NCBI GenBank assembly: GCA_964016885.1
Contig: OZ024742.1
Span: 297,476,001-297,540,000, forward strand
Direction of reading: 5' to 3'
DNA from: Eledone cirrhosa
Lineage: Eukaryota
DNA length: 64,000 nucleotides
Shown here: positions 26,290 through 40,829 of the stretch, in pieces
Position numbering within the stretch: position 1 is the stretch's first letter
Layout of the letters: each line of letters starts with the position of its first letter
Notes under the pieces: model-generated
Seen by the model: only the letters and a program-made list of their open reading frames with translations
The model's database searches: none
Told to the model about the DNA's origin: nothing
Translations under genes and position numbers: made by a program

Positions 26290-28854
26290 AGAAATATATT
26301 AAGATTCTTAAACTAACTTGCTTTCAATTCCATTTAATAAACAAGATCCTGATAAAGTTGTTGACCTAGGAAGCACTGGGAACATTTTATAAAAGTGGAT
26401 ACTATAAGGATTTGGAATTTTGAAATGTGTTCGACCTGATGCAAATGACTATAATAATTATCTACCCCTATAAATAATGATTGAGAAAATCAGGTAAATT
26501 ACACCTGGTGATGGACAGAGGCACTTGCAAGGAACCCTGCATGGTAAATCTATCCACTTTTTCTGTCTTCACGGGTGCATTATGCTAATTACTCAACTAT
26601 CATTTATAGTGATTGACTATTATTATGTTCATTTGCTTTGCGAGGAACACATTTCAAAATCCTGATAATATTACCGTTATGAAACTAATCTAACTACTAG
26701 ATGTATTTCCTTGTGTTCTTCAGTTAGCTGATTAACATAATATCAATCCTGATTTCCACTTCTAAGTAACTGCAACGCAAAACTGAAAAGCTGCTGAACA
26801 TTTAAGAAGCTGTTATTTACATGTAGCAGCTTTTATCATTAGAGTCAAGAGGGCACTTGATGTGATTTCATCTAAACAGACAACATTGGTTCAGAATAAT
26901 CTAAAATGTACAGAACTATCTAAATTAATAAAACTGTCTCAATGTCAGATCTTTGCAAGAAGTTTTATTGAAATTTATAATTGCTTTTGCATATGTCCAA
27001 CAATAAACTTCCCATCAGAGCACAGACACAAGCCAATTTGTAGGTCAGAAATAAACAAATGTTAGCATGTATATACTAAAGTTACTATTATTAATACAAA
27101 TTATTGGTTAGAGGAATATTAAGTGTAAAAGTAAATAAGATTACAATATTCTGTATGTTTTAGACATTTTTATCTATCTGAAACCAAATGAGTGAAGGTA
27201 CACAACCTAGTGATTAGAGTGTCAATCAAAACATCATGGGTTCAATTCCTGAACCAGACTGTGCATTGTTTTCTTGAGCAAGATACTTTTCAGGGATTTT
27301 TAAGTACCAGTTTTTCTTTAAATACCAGTCCAGTGATGGAATCAATTTTCTTTCTCTCAGAAATTAGCTATGTTCCAACATGGAGAGAGAGTTGAGCTCC
27401 ACCATGTTTAAAATTACCCAAGCCACACCGAGTGTCAGGATGGCACCCTTTAACTCCATCATAAGCTTTTTCCACTTCAATTCTGAAATGATTTCATCAT
27501 TTGTCATTTTTTTTTTTTTTTTTTTGAAAGAGAGACTGGCTAAATAGAATTTAAAGGTTTCTTCATTGAAAAAGCTTTCACAATGATGACACTCATTAAT
27601 TCAACCTTTGCTGAAAACAAGAAATAAAAAAACTAACAGGGTGAGGAGAAATGGACTAAATAATACAGCATAACAGGTTAATTAATAATTATTTTGTTAG
27701 TTTTAAAACAGTTAATATGAAGTGTTTATTTCTATTGTTTAAAATTACTGGATTGCACTATATGGGTAAATCTTTTCGCAATTGCTTCTATCGTTATATG
27801 AAAAAAGAACATGGATATTCATATATTTGTCCTATTAATCATTTTATGGTTGGCAGTGTGGTGTATTAATGATATTTCAACAAACTTTCATTTACCATAG
27901 ATTCTAGCAAAATAATTACATAGTCATAGTTGGTGGTAGTGGTAGTGCTGGTGCCACGATAAAATGTGCCTGGTACACACTGTAAGGTGTTCTTGGACTA
28001 TGGTAACATGCACCCAGTACACTCTGTATTGAAGCCATGATAAATGCATCTAGTATACTATGTAAAGTGTTTGTGCTGGTGTCATGATAAAATGCACCCA
28101 GTACACTCTGTAAAGTGGTAGAACTGGCATTACAAAAAAATGCTCCGAATAAATTCAGTAAAATGGAAGTACTAGTGTCAATAAAATGTATCTTGTATAC
28201 TCTGTAAAGTGATTGTCATCAGAAGGGTATTTATTCATAGAAACCTTGCCCAAGACATGTTACTCTGACCTGTCAAGTATTGGATCATGACAACTTGTTC
28301 AACCCATGCTAGCATAGAAAATGAACAAATAATAATAGTAATATGCCACATGTGTTTTTACGTTTATATACATCTACAAGTGAAACTCTTTAAATTTTAC
28401 TCACATAAACATACACATAATGCATGTTTTATGTCATGTTGCTATACATTTAGATTGCATATAATAAGTAATTTCATTGTTTGGCAAAGATCCACTCACA
28501 AACATGCTACAATCCTTATCTCACAGTTCTACTATTTCCACTTTTTTCTTTTACAACTAATATGATATTAATTCATATCTGTACACAAACAGTGTGAGTT
28601 TTAACCAAATTAGAAAAAAATGTATATATAAACACACATATTTATATATATAAACATATCTTATTCATCTTTTTTTAATCTATATGTATGTATGTAAATA
28701 AGACATGTATGTATTTCCAAACAGCTTCAGTTAAATCATGTACCATATGTGTCCTGAAAATAATTAATAGCATATTTCAGCTGCTTAGTGCACAGTTTAA
28801 TACTAATATAACAGCCTCTGTTGTGTTTGAGATTTCTAGACAAATGTCCTTATA

Positions 28855-29062
28855 CCAAAGCCTACAGAAGCATGCACACTTTTAACAAAACCTACTAGAC
28901 ACATGCCGACCCCCTTTACTAGAGCCTACTAAACATATACACTTCATTCACAAATGACTACTAGGCACATGTACCCTTTTACCAAAGCATGTTAGGCATA
29001 TGCTATTCTTAACCAAAGCTTCTAGACATATACCACCTTTTACCAAAATCTGCTAGACATAA
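28855..29062. repeat. ~32 bp degenerate minisatellite
   Basis: 6-7 copies of ccaaagcctactagacacatg...ctttta. Confidence 0.7.
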
Positions 29063-29186
29063 CTCATCTCCATATAACCCTCCTATTATGTTTCACTTTC
29101 CTGATCCTACACTTAAAATTTTGTCCAAATCTTCTTCTCCAGAATTGCATCCTTTAGGAATTGCCTTTTCCTTGATATTTCCAGCA

Positions 29187-29540
29187 TCTATGTAATGTTA
29201 GTGTGTATGAGTGATGAATCACAGATGCGTTGAGAAAAAAACTGGGCATAAAGGGAATAAGATACAGTGAGCAAGAGAAAAGATTGCATTGGTATGGGCA
29301 CATGATGCATATGAATGATGATTGTTGGATCACGAATTGCCATGTGTTCCAGTGGAAGGTAACTGCAAAAGAAGAAGACTTTGGAAAACCTGGGCAGAAG
29401 TGGTGAGAGCTGATCTCAGAATGCTGAATCTCACAGAGAAGTTGATGACAGATATGAAAAATGGAGGAAAGCTGTGCTGGAGAAAACCTCTCTAATCCAT
29501 GCAAGCAAGGAAAAGTAGTCGTATAAAAGTGATGATGATA
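29187..29540 (+). mobile_element. Old RTE LINE 3' fragment
   Basis: LRKKLGI.GIR...EKRLHWYGH and KTWAEVVRADL. Confidence 0.75.
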
Positions 29541-32500
29541 ACCAACAGGTATTAAACTGAATATCAACCACAATTTTAATAAACATATGCAGAGAATATG
29601 ATAGTTTCAACTGAGAGTTATTTCTGATGTAGATGTAATATAATTAACATTTAACGTCCAGTATCATATGAAACAGCAGTAACAAAACATTCTTCAAAAG
29701 TACAAAACAGCATTATGACTGCATCACATTAAACATAACACTTACCTTTAACTTAACACTACAAATTTTCACAACGATACTGACCATGTCACCAAATATG
29801 TTCCATTTTGGCATGCTTTTCATAGTTTTATACTGTAAATATTTGAATTAAGAAACTGTTTCTAGACATTTTCTGCTAAATCATTAGAGTATGTTATGAG
29901 TTGAGGATGTTTTCTTGATATATGCAGCAACTGTGGCTGTTGAATGAAATGATATTGTTTTATCTATATCGTGTGATATATTTTTTTTAAATTATTTCCC
30001 AAACAACTGAAGTAGGAGTTTTTTTGTTAATAAATTAGTATAGTTTAAAAAGCATCTATCTTGAAGGTGCCAACATTTTTAGTTCTTCATTCCAAAAGTC
30101 TTAGTGCTGCATTAAATAAATACATTATGTTTACTCGTAAATCAGATTATAAATGATCTATTAAGCATTAAATCAAAATGCTTTAGCTACCTTCTCGTTT
30201 ATCATCTATTTGTGAAGTTGCTTTAACTCTTAATATATTGTAATGATTTAACAGAAAATATCAAAATTCAAGTTTGTTTATTCAAATGTTTATATAAAGA
30301 TACTGAATTGATAGAACCATTAGGGCATTGAATTAAATGCCTTGGTATTTGTTCTGGCTCATTGTACTCCAAGGTCAAATCCTATAGAAGTCAACTCTCA
30401 TCAGTCCAGGGATGGTAAATTAGTAGAATTGTTAAAAATTGGATGTGATGCTTTGTGGTATTGGTTGAGTCTCTCTGTGTTTTGATTTCAAATCTAGTCT
30501 CCTTCTGTGTTGTGATTAGTAGATGATATCAGCAGGGAAAGACCAATGGAAACATTGTTTCCGTGATCTGATCTGACAATCGGCTCCCTATCTTTTCTGG
30601 TTTTCATAGTATCTTTATTGGTGGAGAGATTGCGAAAGTTTTGAGTAAACTAGAGTACAGTCATAGTACTGTTTTGTACTTTTCAAGAATGTCTTGTTAA
30701 TGTACGTTCATATGGTACAGGACATTAAAAGCTACATATCTGTAACTATCAAGGAGCAATGGTTATGCCAATTAGTAAACAACGATTATAAATGTTACAA
30801 CAATCATCCATTTGAATAGACTTATTAGAAATTTTGATACTTTCATTATTGTATATTTAATGCAGGACAATGTCTACGATTTTCAAATAATCATGAATTT
30901 AGTGGGATTTAGTAAAATAACTAATTTTATAATTATTAAGCTGGTGTTTAGAACAGAATTCTATAATATTGTATTGTAGAATCATGGGGTAATTTCAGTT
31001 GTTTTGGTTACAAAAGGGTGAAATGCAGGTCAAGTTTCAAAACTTCAAATAATCTCTTTAATGTTTAAACCCCAATCCATTTATTTGTCATTTGCAGTGG
31101 GAAATAATGGGAAATATTATTGGATTTGATGACATTGCACATTCTAGGTACAATAGATACTCCTCCTCCACCATTATCATTATCACCATCATCATCCTTA
31201 TTGCCATCACCATCATCACTGCCATCATCACAAAACTATCACCAACACTGCTACAAACATCAATACTGCCTCGACCACTATCACCAACACCATGACTGAC
31301 ATCACTAACTTTACTATCATCATTTTTATGTTAATACTAAAAATACTTCTTTAAAAAAATAATAAGTTTTATCCAACATTAATATATATCATTTGACATC
31401 AATACCTGCCACAGGATATTATTTTCCAAATACTATTTACCACAAAAAGATACTCACAGACACCCCTTTCCCTACACCATATATATGCACATATATGCAA
31501 TCATTTATCAAAAAAAAAATTTGAAAATATGAGTCTGCAACATTAATGGATTTTGTAATATATAAACAAGCTTGCTTTCTTTTTTAAGTTAATATTTAAA
31601 AACTCTTCCATGTTGTCAAAAAAGTAGTTTGCAATATTTAAAGACAGTTCCATTATATCTGAAAATTAAGCACCATAGTTTATATGAAGCATTGTGGGAT
31701 TTGTGGTTATGATTGTTTTTGGAAAGCCAGTGCAATTCAAATTAGAAATATATGAGTGAAAACTAAACTAAAATAAAGTAAACTAAACAAAACAATAGTT
31801 TATACTTTTACCTTATATTACATGATATTTTGAGGGTAGGACCCATTTTTCAAAAGAAAGGAATTAAAATGTGATGTTCACAAATACCAAATTCCAGTCA
31901 TAGATGCTGAAACAAAGAGGGAAAAGATTCTTTACTTGCAGTAAGGACATGACAACCTATCTAGTGCTGGTACGATTATAAAATGCACCTAGTATACTTT
32001 GCTAGGGCATAAAACTATCGAAAGCATGCCAAAATGGAACATATTTTGGAGACATGGTCACTAGACCTACCTAGAAAGGCAGTAGCCCTATAAAATACTA
32101 AATTGGTTTGTAATGATTCATCCAACCCATGCTAACATCATAAAAACACATCAAATTATGATTTTCATATATGAGACTGTAATATTAATGAGTTTTGTCA
32201 TATATTAACATGCCTGTTATGTTTTAGGCTAGTAGTTAGAAATAAATCCAGGATGTCACAAAATGTAAGTCAATATATTCAGAGAAAACTAAACTATATT
32301 TGAAAATTGCATTATGGAATAATCAAATGATTTTTATGCTCTCCAATAATTTGGTAATCGATGACTGACGAATGTATGTATAAATGTACAGAGAGATAGA
32401 TACAGTCACATATACATTTTATTGAAATTATGTAATATATTTTAGAACTTTCTGCTATGGATAATATTTACTTTCTTATCCAATTTTTCATGTAGAATGT

Positions 32501-33004
32501 CACTTTGGAAGTAATAATCCAATTTTTAAAGGAATAATCAGAAGACTTGTAGTCTGTGAATTGTGGTTTAAAGTTTAAGTTGTGTTACTTATCTTTGTCC
32601 TTATTCTGAAACACTATCCAAGCCATAATATAAATAGAATTTCTAAAAATGGATTGTTCTATTTGATACATTTCTCTTTAGAAAATATATCAAATGGAAT
32701 AAAGATGTATATATATATATATATACATCTTTATTCCATTTGATATATTATCTATATATATATATATATACAAATATAAATTAACGAGAATCGTATTTCG
32801 GCTTTGGAATTAGCGAAAAACAACTTCTGAGATGTGTGGCAAGCGCTCAATAATTCTGATGAACCAGAGCTACAACATACATTAAAGGCCAAATACACTG
32901 AGACGATGGTTAAACCGTCATCCGCATAGCCATAGAAATGACCAAGTAATTCGGGTCAAACAAATAAAAAAATATGTGATAGAAAAAAAATATATATATA
33001 TATA

Positions 33005-33706
33005 TTGTAATAGTAATATACGTGAATGGCAAAGCATAAACGAACTAGGGGAAAAATTAGAAATAAGAGGGATCAGATGTTGTTTACTCGAGAAAAGACT
33101 ACGTTGGTATGGTCACGTGATGCGCATGAAAGACGACAGCTGTATAAAAAAGTTCAGGGCAATAAAAATAGACGGTAGCCACGGAGTAGGCAGACCCAGA
33201 AAAACCTGGGACGACTGAATAAATTCCGACCTCACACACACCTCTCCAAGACAATGTCACTGGACCGAGATCTTTGGCGCTACACAGTAATAGAGAAGAC
33301 CCGCCTTACCTAAGTACAAAGTGAAACCTACTACAGTCAGTAGGCACCTCTAACAAAATACACCCCCGTCCCACTACCCCTACCCCATCCACACCACCCC
33401 TTTCAATGTAAAGTTATGTTGGTACCACAACATCCAGCCCGAAACAAATGAGGTCGTGTAGGTGTCACGACAAAAAAAAACACACAGTCCACGCTGTAAT
33501 GTGGCCGTGTAGGTAACACGATAAAAACCTCCCAGTTCCACACTGTAAATGTGGTTGGTGTTAGGAAGGGCATCTAGCCGTAGAAAACCCGCCAGACAGT
33601 CCTATGCGAGCAAGACAACCACTCTTGCCTGAAGCGGGAAAATTCCCGACCAAACCCATGGAAGCGTGGAATATGGACGTTAAACGATGATGATGATGAT
33701 GATGAT
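33005..33706 (+). mobile_element. 5'-truncated RTE LINE with 3' UTR and (GAT)n tail
   Basis: EKRLRWYGHVMRMKDDSCIKK...GRPRKTWDD; same family as 37905-38812. Confidence 0.9.
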
Positions 33707-33711
33707 ATATA

Positions 33712-33772
<61 letters not shown>

Positions 33773-33834
33773 GTATATATAACCCATTGTTAGGATTGAA
33801 AAATGGACGTTAAACAGTGTTGATATATATATAT

Positions 33835-34345
33835 CATCATCATCATCACCATTTTATGTCCATTCTTCCACGCTAGCATGGGTTAGACGAGTTGTCCTGT
33901 TGTTGGCAATGCCAAGTCAGGTGACCATGTCTTGCTCATACAGAACTGATTTGGGCTTGGTTTCTTGAGGTGAATGCCCTTCCTCACACTAACGGCATTT
34001 ACAGTTAGTACTGGCTCCTTTTTACCGTCGTGCCTACACGAAAACTTTATAGTGTGGACTTGGTGCTTTTTTTGTCATGAGATCTCCACAACCACTTTAC
34101 TGTGGGAGTGAGTATCGGCATACTGTTTATATGCTTCAGCTTTGGCTTGTACCCATAGGAAGTTGAGTCTTCTGTATTACTGTGTAACGCCAGAGGTCTT
34201 GGTCCTGTGCAAGATAAGTTTTTATCACCTCCCCACTCCAAAGCGTCCATCGTCTTTTAGTGATCTGCATCTTTTTATGCAGCTGTCATCCTTCATACGT
34301 ATCACATGTCCATGCTAACGTAATCTCCTCTCCTGCACACAGCAT
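33835..34345 (-). mobile_element. RTE-related element (3' UTR/tail plus short RT remnant)
   Basis: (CAT)n then ttccacgctagcatgggttagacg; reverse match to 53290-53580; RT remnant at 34230-34345. Confidence 0.7.
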
Positions 34346-34362
34346 TTCATGCCATACGACCC

Positions 34363-36260
34363 TTGTATGGGCTCCACAAAGACCACAAGACAGTCGACAA
34401 CCCGACAACAGGAACACCAACAAGACCCTTATGCGGAGCAAATATAGCTAGCAACTACAGGATCTCCTACTTCCTCTCAATGGTTATACGCCCCATAATC
34501 AAGATGTCCCCAGATGTATGTGACAGTACAGAGGACCTCCTCAGCAGAATCAGTGAGTGCAACAAAAACAGGAACCTATCCAACTGCATAATAGGCAGCA
34601 TGGATGTGGTACCACTGTACCCATCCATTAACATGGATTTTGCTGTGGAAAAATGTGTGGAGATGATCATTGAGAGTAAGGTGGAGTTCTGCGACGTTGA
34701 CACAGACGAACTGGGACTCCTACTTAGACTTACCTACGACACTGAATACCTAGACAGCCATGACCTTAGACGTTTCTGCCCTAGTAGACCCATAAGAGGT
34801 AGACCCCCCACCATAACCTCAATGGCAAAAAGACTCCCATGGGAAGGTGGATTGGGTGGACCAAAGCTATACGGAGCTCCCAAAACAATGATCAGGTAAG
34901 ACAAATGGTCGCACATGCAATAGGAGCTAGTATCAAAACTACCCTAAAGGGCCACATATTCAAGTTCAACGAGAAGATCTACACCCAAAATGAGGGAGCA
35001 GCCATTGGCGTCAGCATAGCTGGTGATGTTGCCAGCCTTTTTATGGTATGGTGGGAAAGGAGACTTAAAGATCTCCTTAATGAGAGCTCCATAGACCTCA
35101 TCATGTACTCTTGTTACATCAATATAGTTATAAGAACATCCCCACTAGAGAGCACTAACAAGTTTGATTTAGAACGTAGCACAATGGAAAGCATCCAGCA
35201 GATAGCTAATTCCATACATCAGAGTATAACTGTAACTATCGACTACCCTTCCAAACACCCTAACAATAGACTACCTGTATTAGACACAGAACTCTGGATT
35301 AACACTATAGACGAGAGAGCCCAAATTCTCCACTCACACTATGCTAAACCCATGGCCTCCAAATACCTGATACTCAAAAACTCAGCAATGTCCAGTAGTG
35401 CTAAGTTTAATATTCTGATCGCAGATTTGGTACGAGTGATGAACAATGTGTCCCGCTTGTGCGATCCAACAGAAATGTAAAGACAAATCGAACACTTCAT
35501 TAACCGCATGCAGTTCTCTGGCTACAACCAAAAAGACAGAGTCAGAGTATACGAAGGAGCCATGGAGAAGTATAAGACCCTCATAGAACTGGACATGAAA
35601 GGAATTTGCCCATTATACAGGAGCAAATCATGGAATAGCTTAGATAAGGCTAGACATAAGATAGGGAAAGCCACCTCATGGTACGACAACCAGAGATACC
35701 AGAGTGTCATGTTTGTGGACGCTACCCCTGGAGGGAAGTTAGCTAACCAGTGTAGAAAGGCCCTGAGAAAGACCCACTTAAAGATTAAGGTGGTAGAAAA
35801 GCCAGGAACTACCATAAAATCCCTGATCAGCAAAACCTACCCTTTTAAGAAAACCCACTGTACTAATAGGAAATGTATCATATGTAAGGTAAATCCCCGG
35901 ATAAACTGTAAAACTAGAAACGTAGTCTATAGCATAAGATGTACAGAGGGTACTTGCAGAAACATGACAACAACATACATAGGCAAGACAGCTGGTAGCA
36001 TAGGTGAAAGGATAGACCAACACTGGGGGGAACTAAAAGGACGAAAAAACGGGTCAGTACTATACGAACATGCCAGACAACAACACGACGCTAACATAGA
36101 CAACATAGAAATTAGAATAATATCTAAACATAGAAATGACCCAGCAGATAGGCAAATCAGAGAGGCCAGTGAAATAGAACTTAGAAGGCCAAGGATAAAC
36201 AGAAAGAATGAATGGAATAACAACACCCAAACAAACAACACTCACCTAAGAGAAGTATAA
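34363..36260 (+). pseudogene. PLE RT + GIY-YIG endonuclease, disrupted
   Basis: YGLHKDHK, RP, SMDVVPLYPSI, Q.EGAAIG, LPVLD, HYAKP, NCKTRNVVYSIRC..C..YIGKT, R..QH, RQIREA, INRK; frameshift near 34835, in-frame stop at 35478-35480, and the YVDD motif seen in the 55633 copy is deleted here. Confidence 0.9.
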
Positions 36261-36505
36261 ATAAATAGATAAATAAATACATACACAAGCACAATAACAA
36301 CAAACACATATAAACACACACTAGTAAAGATAGAATACATTAACCAATACACAGTCACCCAATCACAAACACACATCAAACAAAACACTATACACACACG
36401 CAAACGCATGTGCAAAGAAGACAAAATAAAATAAACAAATAAACAAATATATAAACAGACTAAATAAAGATGGCGTAGAAAATACAATGTAACGGGAAGA
36501 AACAA

Positions 36506-36552
36506 TAGCACCACTGACGATGTTGCAGATGTGCAACGAAAGAACTTTGATA
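36506..36552 (+). ncRNA. Hammerhead ribozyme in family A pLTR
   Basis: CTGACGA-T-GTTGCA gatg TGCAAC-GAAA-GAAC-TT-TG; stem I is imperfect. Confidence 0.7.
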
Positions 36553-36963
36553 AACTATATATATGTGTTTGTGTCTATATTGTATCTGTATTATTTTTGA
36601 CCGTTGGTCAGTCAATGGCAACATTGAGGACCGAATAAATTAGATTACCGATATAAAAGACACAGAAGCGAAAAGCGAAAACCAACCAAACAGTGAGTGT
36701 GTTCTGTTATTAATTCTGGCAATATTACACAAATATGACCCTCCCCAAGTATAACAATATATATATATATATATATAATATTAAAGATACTATTTATAGT
36801 TATGTATATATTATACTATAAACAACTATAAACAAAGAAGGTCAGTAATTTATTACTACCTTATTACCAGTAAGAGAAATAGCTCAATGTAAGAACATCA
36901 GTTGTTTTACAGAGCAGTAATATAGATTACACAAGTATCAAAGTTATGTTTAAAACATTTAAT

Positions 36964-37010
36964 CGCTGACAATTGTTTCTTCCAAACTTAAGCTTGAAGT
37001 CCTCGGAGCA
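36964..37010 (-). ncRNA. Hammerhead ribozyme with U4C core change, in a probable PLE remnant (~36775-37870)
   Basis: Minus strand: TGCT-CCGAGGA-stem II-GAAA-CAATTG-TC-AGCG; palindromic ACAATTGT stem III; GUC site. Confidence 0.65.
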
Positions 37011-38812
37011 TGAAGAATCATACAGATACATATATATTGATGTTGTGGACAACAGTTTCATGTTTACAGGGTGGAATGGATGCGACATATATTATACGAG
37101 AATTGTACAATAATTCAAATTAAGATTAAAATTAAAATTAAAAGCATAGGGTGGAATACATACGACAGATAATACAAGAGAATAGTCTACTAATTAAATT
37201 AAAGAGATAGTACATGCGTTAGTCATATATAAAGGAATGGAACGAGCAAATGTATTATGCATATATGAGTACTGTATGGCAAGGTATTACATAAAATACA
37301 AGCACTTTAAGCGAATATGTTAGTGTATTATGGTGGGTGCAATGCGATGATATTTTCTGTATAGTTTAAATTTGTATGTGTGTAGAATATGAAAGTTACA
37401 GATTTCACATCCATTACATATGTCAAGTTATATTTGTGTTGAATGTTTGTTATAGTAATGGATTGTAACTTGGTGTTATTGTATTCATATTCATGGATTA
37501 TAGTTGTTCTACAGCGAGAATTTTCAACGGTTTAATATCCGAGAGTGGATATGGAATTAAGGGGAGCTAATGCGTAAGGGGAGGTAACTAGCTCATTATA
37601 ATTTATTAAATTCCTTGCTCTAATAGACATTATATAGTGCCAAAATTGAATCCCTTATATAAAAAGTTATATATTTATATTCAATTTTAAATACAGTCTA
37701 TTCACTCATAATATATTAAAGGTTTCATTAGATTGTTGTCTACCCAATACTATATAGTGCCACAATTGAATCTCTTATACAAAATGTTATATATTTATAT
37801 TTAATTTTAAATACAGTCTTCGCTCTCATAATATATTAAAGGTTTCATTAGATTGTTGTCTACCCAATATTTGTAATCTCTCTCTATATATATATACATA
37901 TATATCATCATCATCATCGTCATCGTTTAACGTCTATCTTCCACGCTAGCATGGGTTTAGACGAGAATTGTCTCACTTGAGGCACGATTAGTCGTCTGGC
38001 TCATATGGGACTGTCTGGCAGGTTTTCTACGGCTGGATGCCCTTCCTAACACCAACCACGTTTAGAGTGTGGACTGGGAGGTTTTTACCGTGTTACCTAC
38101 AAAGCCACATTACAGCGTGGACTGTGCGTTTTTATTGTCGTGACACCTACACGACCTCATTTGTTTCGGACTGGATGTTGTGGTACGAACATAACTTTAC
38201 AGAGAAAGGGGTGGTGTTGATACGGGTGAGGGTTGTAGTAGGATGGGGGTGTAATTTTGGTTAAGAGGTGCCTACTGACTGTAGGTTTCGCTTTGTACAT
38301 AGGCAAGGTGGGTCTTCTGTATTACTGCATAGTGCCAAACATCTCGGTCCAGTGACATTGTCTTGGAGAGGTGTAAGTGTGTAAGGTCGGAATTTATGAA
38401 ATCGTCCCAGGTTTTTCTGGGTCTGCCTACTCCGTAGCTTCCATCAATTTTGATCGCCCTGCACTTTTTTATACAGCTGTCGTCTTTCATGCACATCACG
38501 TAACCACACAAACGTAGTCTTCTCTTGAGTAAACAGCATCTGATCCCTCTTATCCCTAGTTTCTCACTTAGATCATTTATGCTTTGCCGTTCATGTATAT
38601 TATTATTACACATTCAACAGAGCATGCAAGCTTCGTTCCTCTCCAGTCTGCGCAGATCTTCTGCACACAATGCCCATGTCTCACTGCCATGTAACATTGC
38701 TGTTCGTATGCAGGCGTCATACCGTCTGCCTTTCATTTTTAGAGAGAAAGTTTAGCGGCCAATAGTGGTATAAGCTCTCTGAACTTTTTCCATCCCATCT
38801 GACTCTGGCTAC

Positions 38813-39162
38813 TATAACAAAATGCTGGTGTGTATGAATATAAGAAGAGACGTGGTTTGTGTGTATAATATTTAATTAACAATTTGTGGATATATAGAAC
38901 AGTATAGTTGACATGTCAATGAATAGATAATAGAATGAAGCAAAGTTATTAGTTACCGTTTGGTTGCCAGGCGAACGCGCCTGGCCGCAGACGACTTGCC
39001 GAAGGCCAGGAGCCGAAAGGGCAAATGAGAGATAGGGAGCTTAAAGTTATTCCCTTTATAGGGTTGGAACGGAAGTGACAGAAAGGGTTCTACTTCCTAT
39101 CTAGAGAGCGTTAATCTATTGGTGATGTGAGTGTCACAACAAGGGGGGCAACTCCTGCTACA
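38813..39162 (-). repeat. 3' LTR
   Basis: Direct repeat of 40479-40829; minus strand TGTAGC...GTTATA; contains TATAAA and ATTAAA on the minus strand. Confidence 0.93.
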
Positions 39163-40464
39163 TTACCTTCCGCCAGATTTTTAAAATATAAAAATCGAAT
39201 GAAATATGTATGTAGTACGTTGGCGAGAATGTTGTAACAGGCATGAAAATTACGAAAAAACTAATGTTTGCAAAAATCAATGATAGATATCAAGGTAGTC
39301 AACCGCTCTTGGCCAGAGAACGACTGGACATCTATCTATCCATCACCCAAAGATACAATGTAATCAAAGTAAGAGAAGAGCTCAAAGTTCAAATGTTCAA
39401 AATACAGTTCACAGGTGTGCAATCACATGACAGCAGGAAAGAAAGTGTGTTCCAGAGAATGAATGCAGGTGGTTTCTGTTCTGTGGTATAACGTGAAATT
39501 TTCAACCTCCGAATGGATTTTATCACAGGAAGAGTGCTGCAAAAATAAATTCTCTGGCTTGTTCTGCTGGTTTTGGTTGTTGATGAATCTGTGTTGCTGT
39601 TGATGTTGTTGTCTCGCGGAGTGAGCGTATTCGATGTTTAAATTCACAGTAAAAAAATTTTCCATAAAAAATGAGTTGCGCAAAGTGCTAGAAATAACAG
39701 CCGAAGTTGATGGTCGTTGTTGAGAATGCATTGACCTGGAAGGGTCAAGAGGCCAGCGACCAAAGAAATAAGCATTCTGAATAAATGCGCAGTTTTCAAC
39801 GGCAAATTTACGTGGTAAATTTTTAAACCGACAAATAGGAGAATATAGCTTAAGGCTGGAGAATCCTTGGCGAGAAACGTTATCTCTGGCGTGTGGTTAT
39901 CTCCGTGAGTCGAGAATTGTGCTGCCTACACGTGACAAAACAAGGTTAAGTTGAAAAAAAAAAATTTCTATTGCACGAGAAAATGGCGCGAAAATGATAG
40001 TGCAACAGGTCGTTGGCAGCCATTTTGAAAAAAATGTGTGTGTGAAAGTGACAATATGATGAAAAAGAAAGAAAGGCTTCACTTAGTATAACAAATATAG
40101 CGAGTTCAAATTTTTTTTGTGAACGATGAAAAAAACTTGAACGATGAAGAAAACGATAAAAAAGGCAATAGTTGAGATTCATCGAAAATAAATGTTCATG
40201 TTGGAATGTGTAAAAAAAAATCAAATTTCTTTTTTTTTTTTTTTAAAGTGTTCGTTGTAAGAAGAAACGAAAAACATATATATATATACAGCGAAATGCG
40301 ACAGTTAGTTGATGCGCGAGAGAAAAAGCGTCTGTCTTAACTAGAATTTCACATGTGCGTGTGTTCGTTTCTGTGTCTGCGTATTTTCCTAGTTTGTTAA
40401 TAAAATTTGCTGCGTATTCGTAATGTTACTCACACAACACCGGATTCTGCTATTTTTGCTTTTT

Positions 40465-40476
40465 TCGGGGTCACCA
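40465..40476 (-). promoter_or_regulatory. Primer-binding site complementary to the tRNA-Trp 3' end
   Basis: TGGTGACCCCGA starts 2 nt after the 5' LTR. Confidence 0.85.
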
Positions 40477-40478
40477 CT

Positions 40479-40829
40479 TATAACAAAAATACTGGTGTGT
40501 ATGAATATAACAAGAGACGTGGTTTGTGTGTATAATATTTAATTAACAATTTGTGGATATATAGAACAGTATAGTTGACATGTCAATGAATAGATGAAAG
40601 AATGAAGCAAAGTTATTAGTTACCGTTTGGTTGCCAGGCGAACGCGCCTGGCCGCAGACGCCTGGCCGAAGGGCAGGAGACGAAAGGGCAAATGAGAGAT
40701 AGGGAGCTTAAAGTTATTCCCTTTATAGGGTTGGAACGGAAGTGACAGAAAGGGTTCTACTTCCTATCTAGAGAGCATTAATCTATTGGTGATGTGAGTG
40801 TCACAACAAGGGAGGCAACTCCTGCTACA
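40479..40829 (-). repeat. 5' LTR
   Basis: Direct repeat of 38813-39162. Confidence 0.93.

Larger units (their letters stand above)
34350..36759 (+). mobile_element. Penelope-like element, family A (5'-truncated; RT + GIY-YIG + pLTR)
   Basis: Frameshifted RT/EN ORF followed by an HHR-bearing pLTR; ends at (TA)n. Confidence 0.92.
38813..40829 (-). mobile_element. Internally deleted non-autonomous Gypsy-type LTR retrotransposon
   Basis: Two ~350 bp LTRs, 4-bp TSD CTAC (38809-38812 and 40830-40833), PBS TGGTGACCCCGA, purine-rich GGCGGAAGGTAA before the 3' LTR. Confidence 0.92.

Noticed and set aside
37628-37868. ~125 bp tandem duplication (similar ones at 53046-53282 and 49975-50210)
   Set aside because: Local duplications inside TE non-coding regions, with no HHR or other signal
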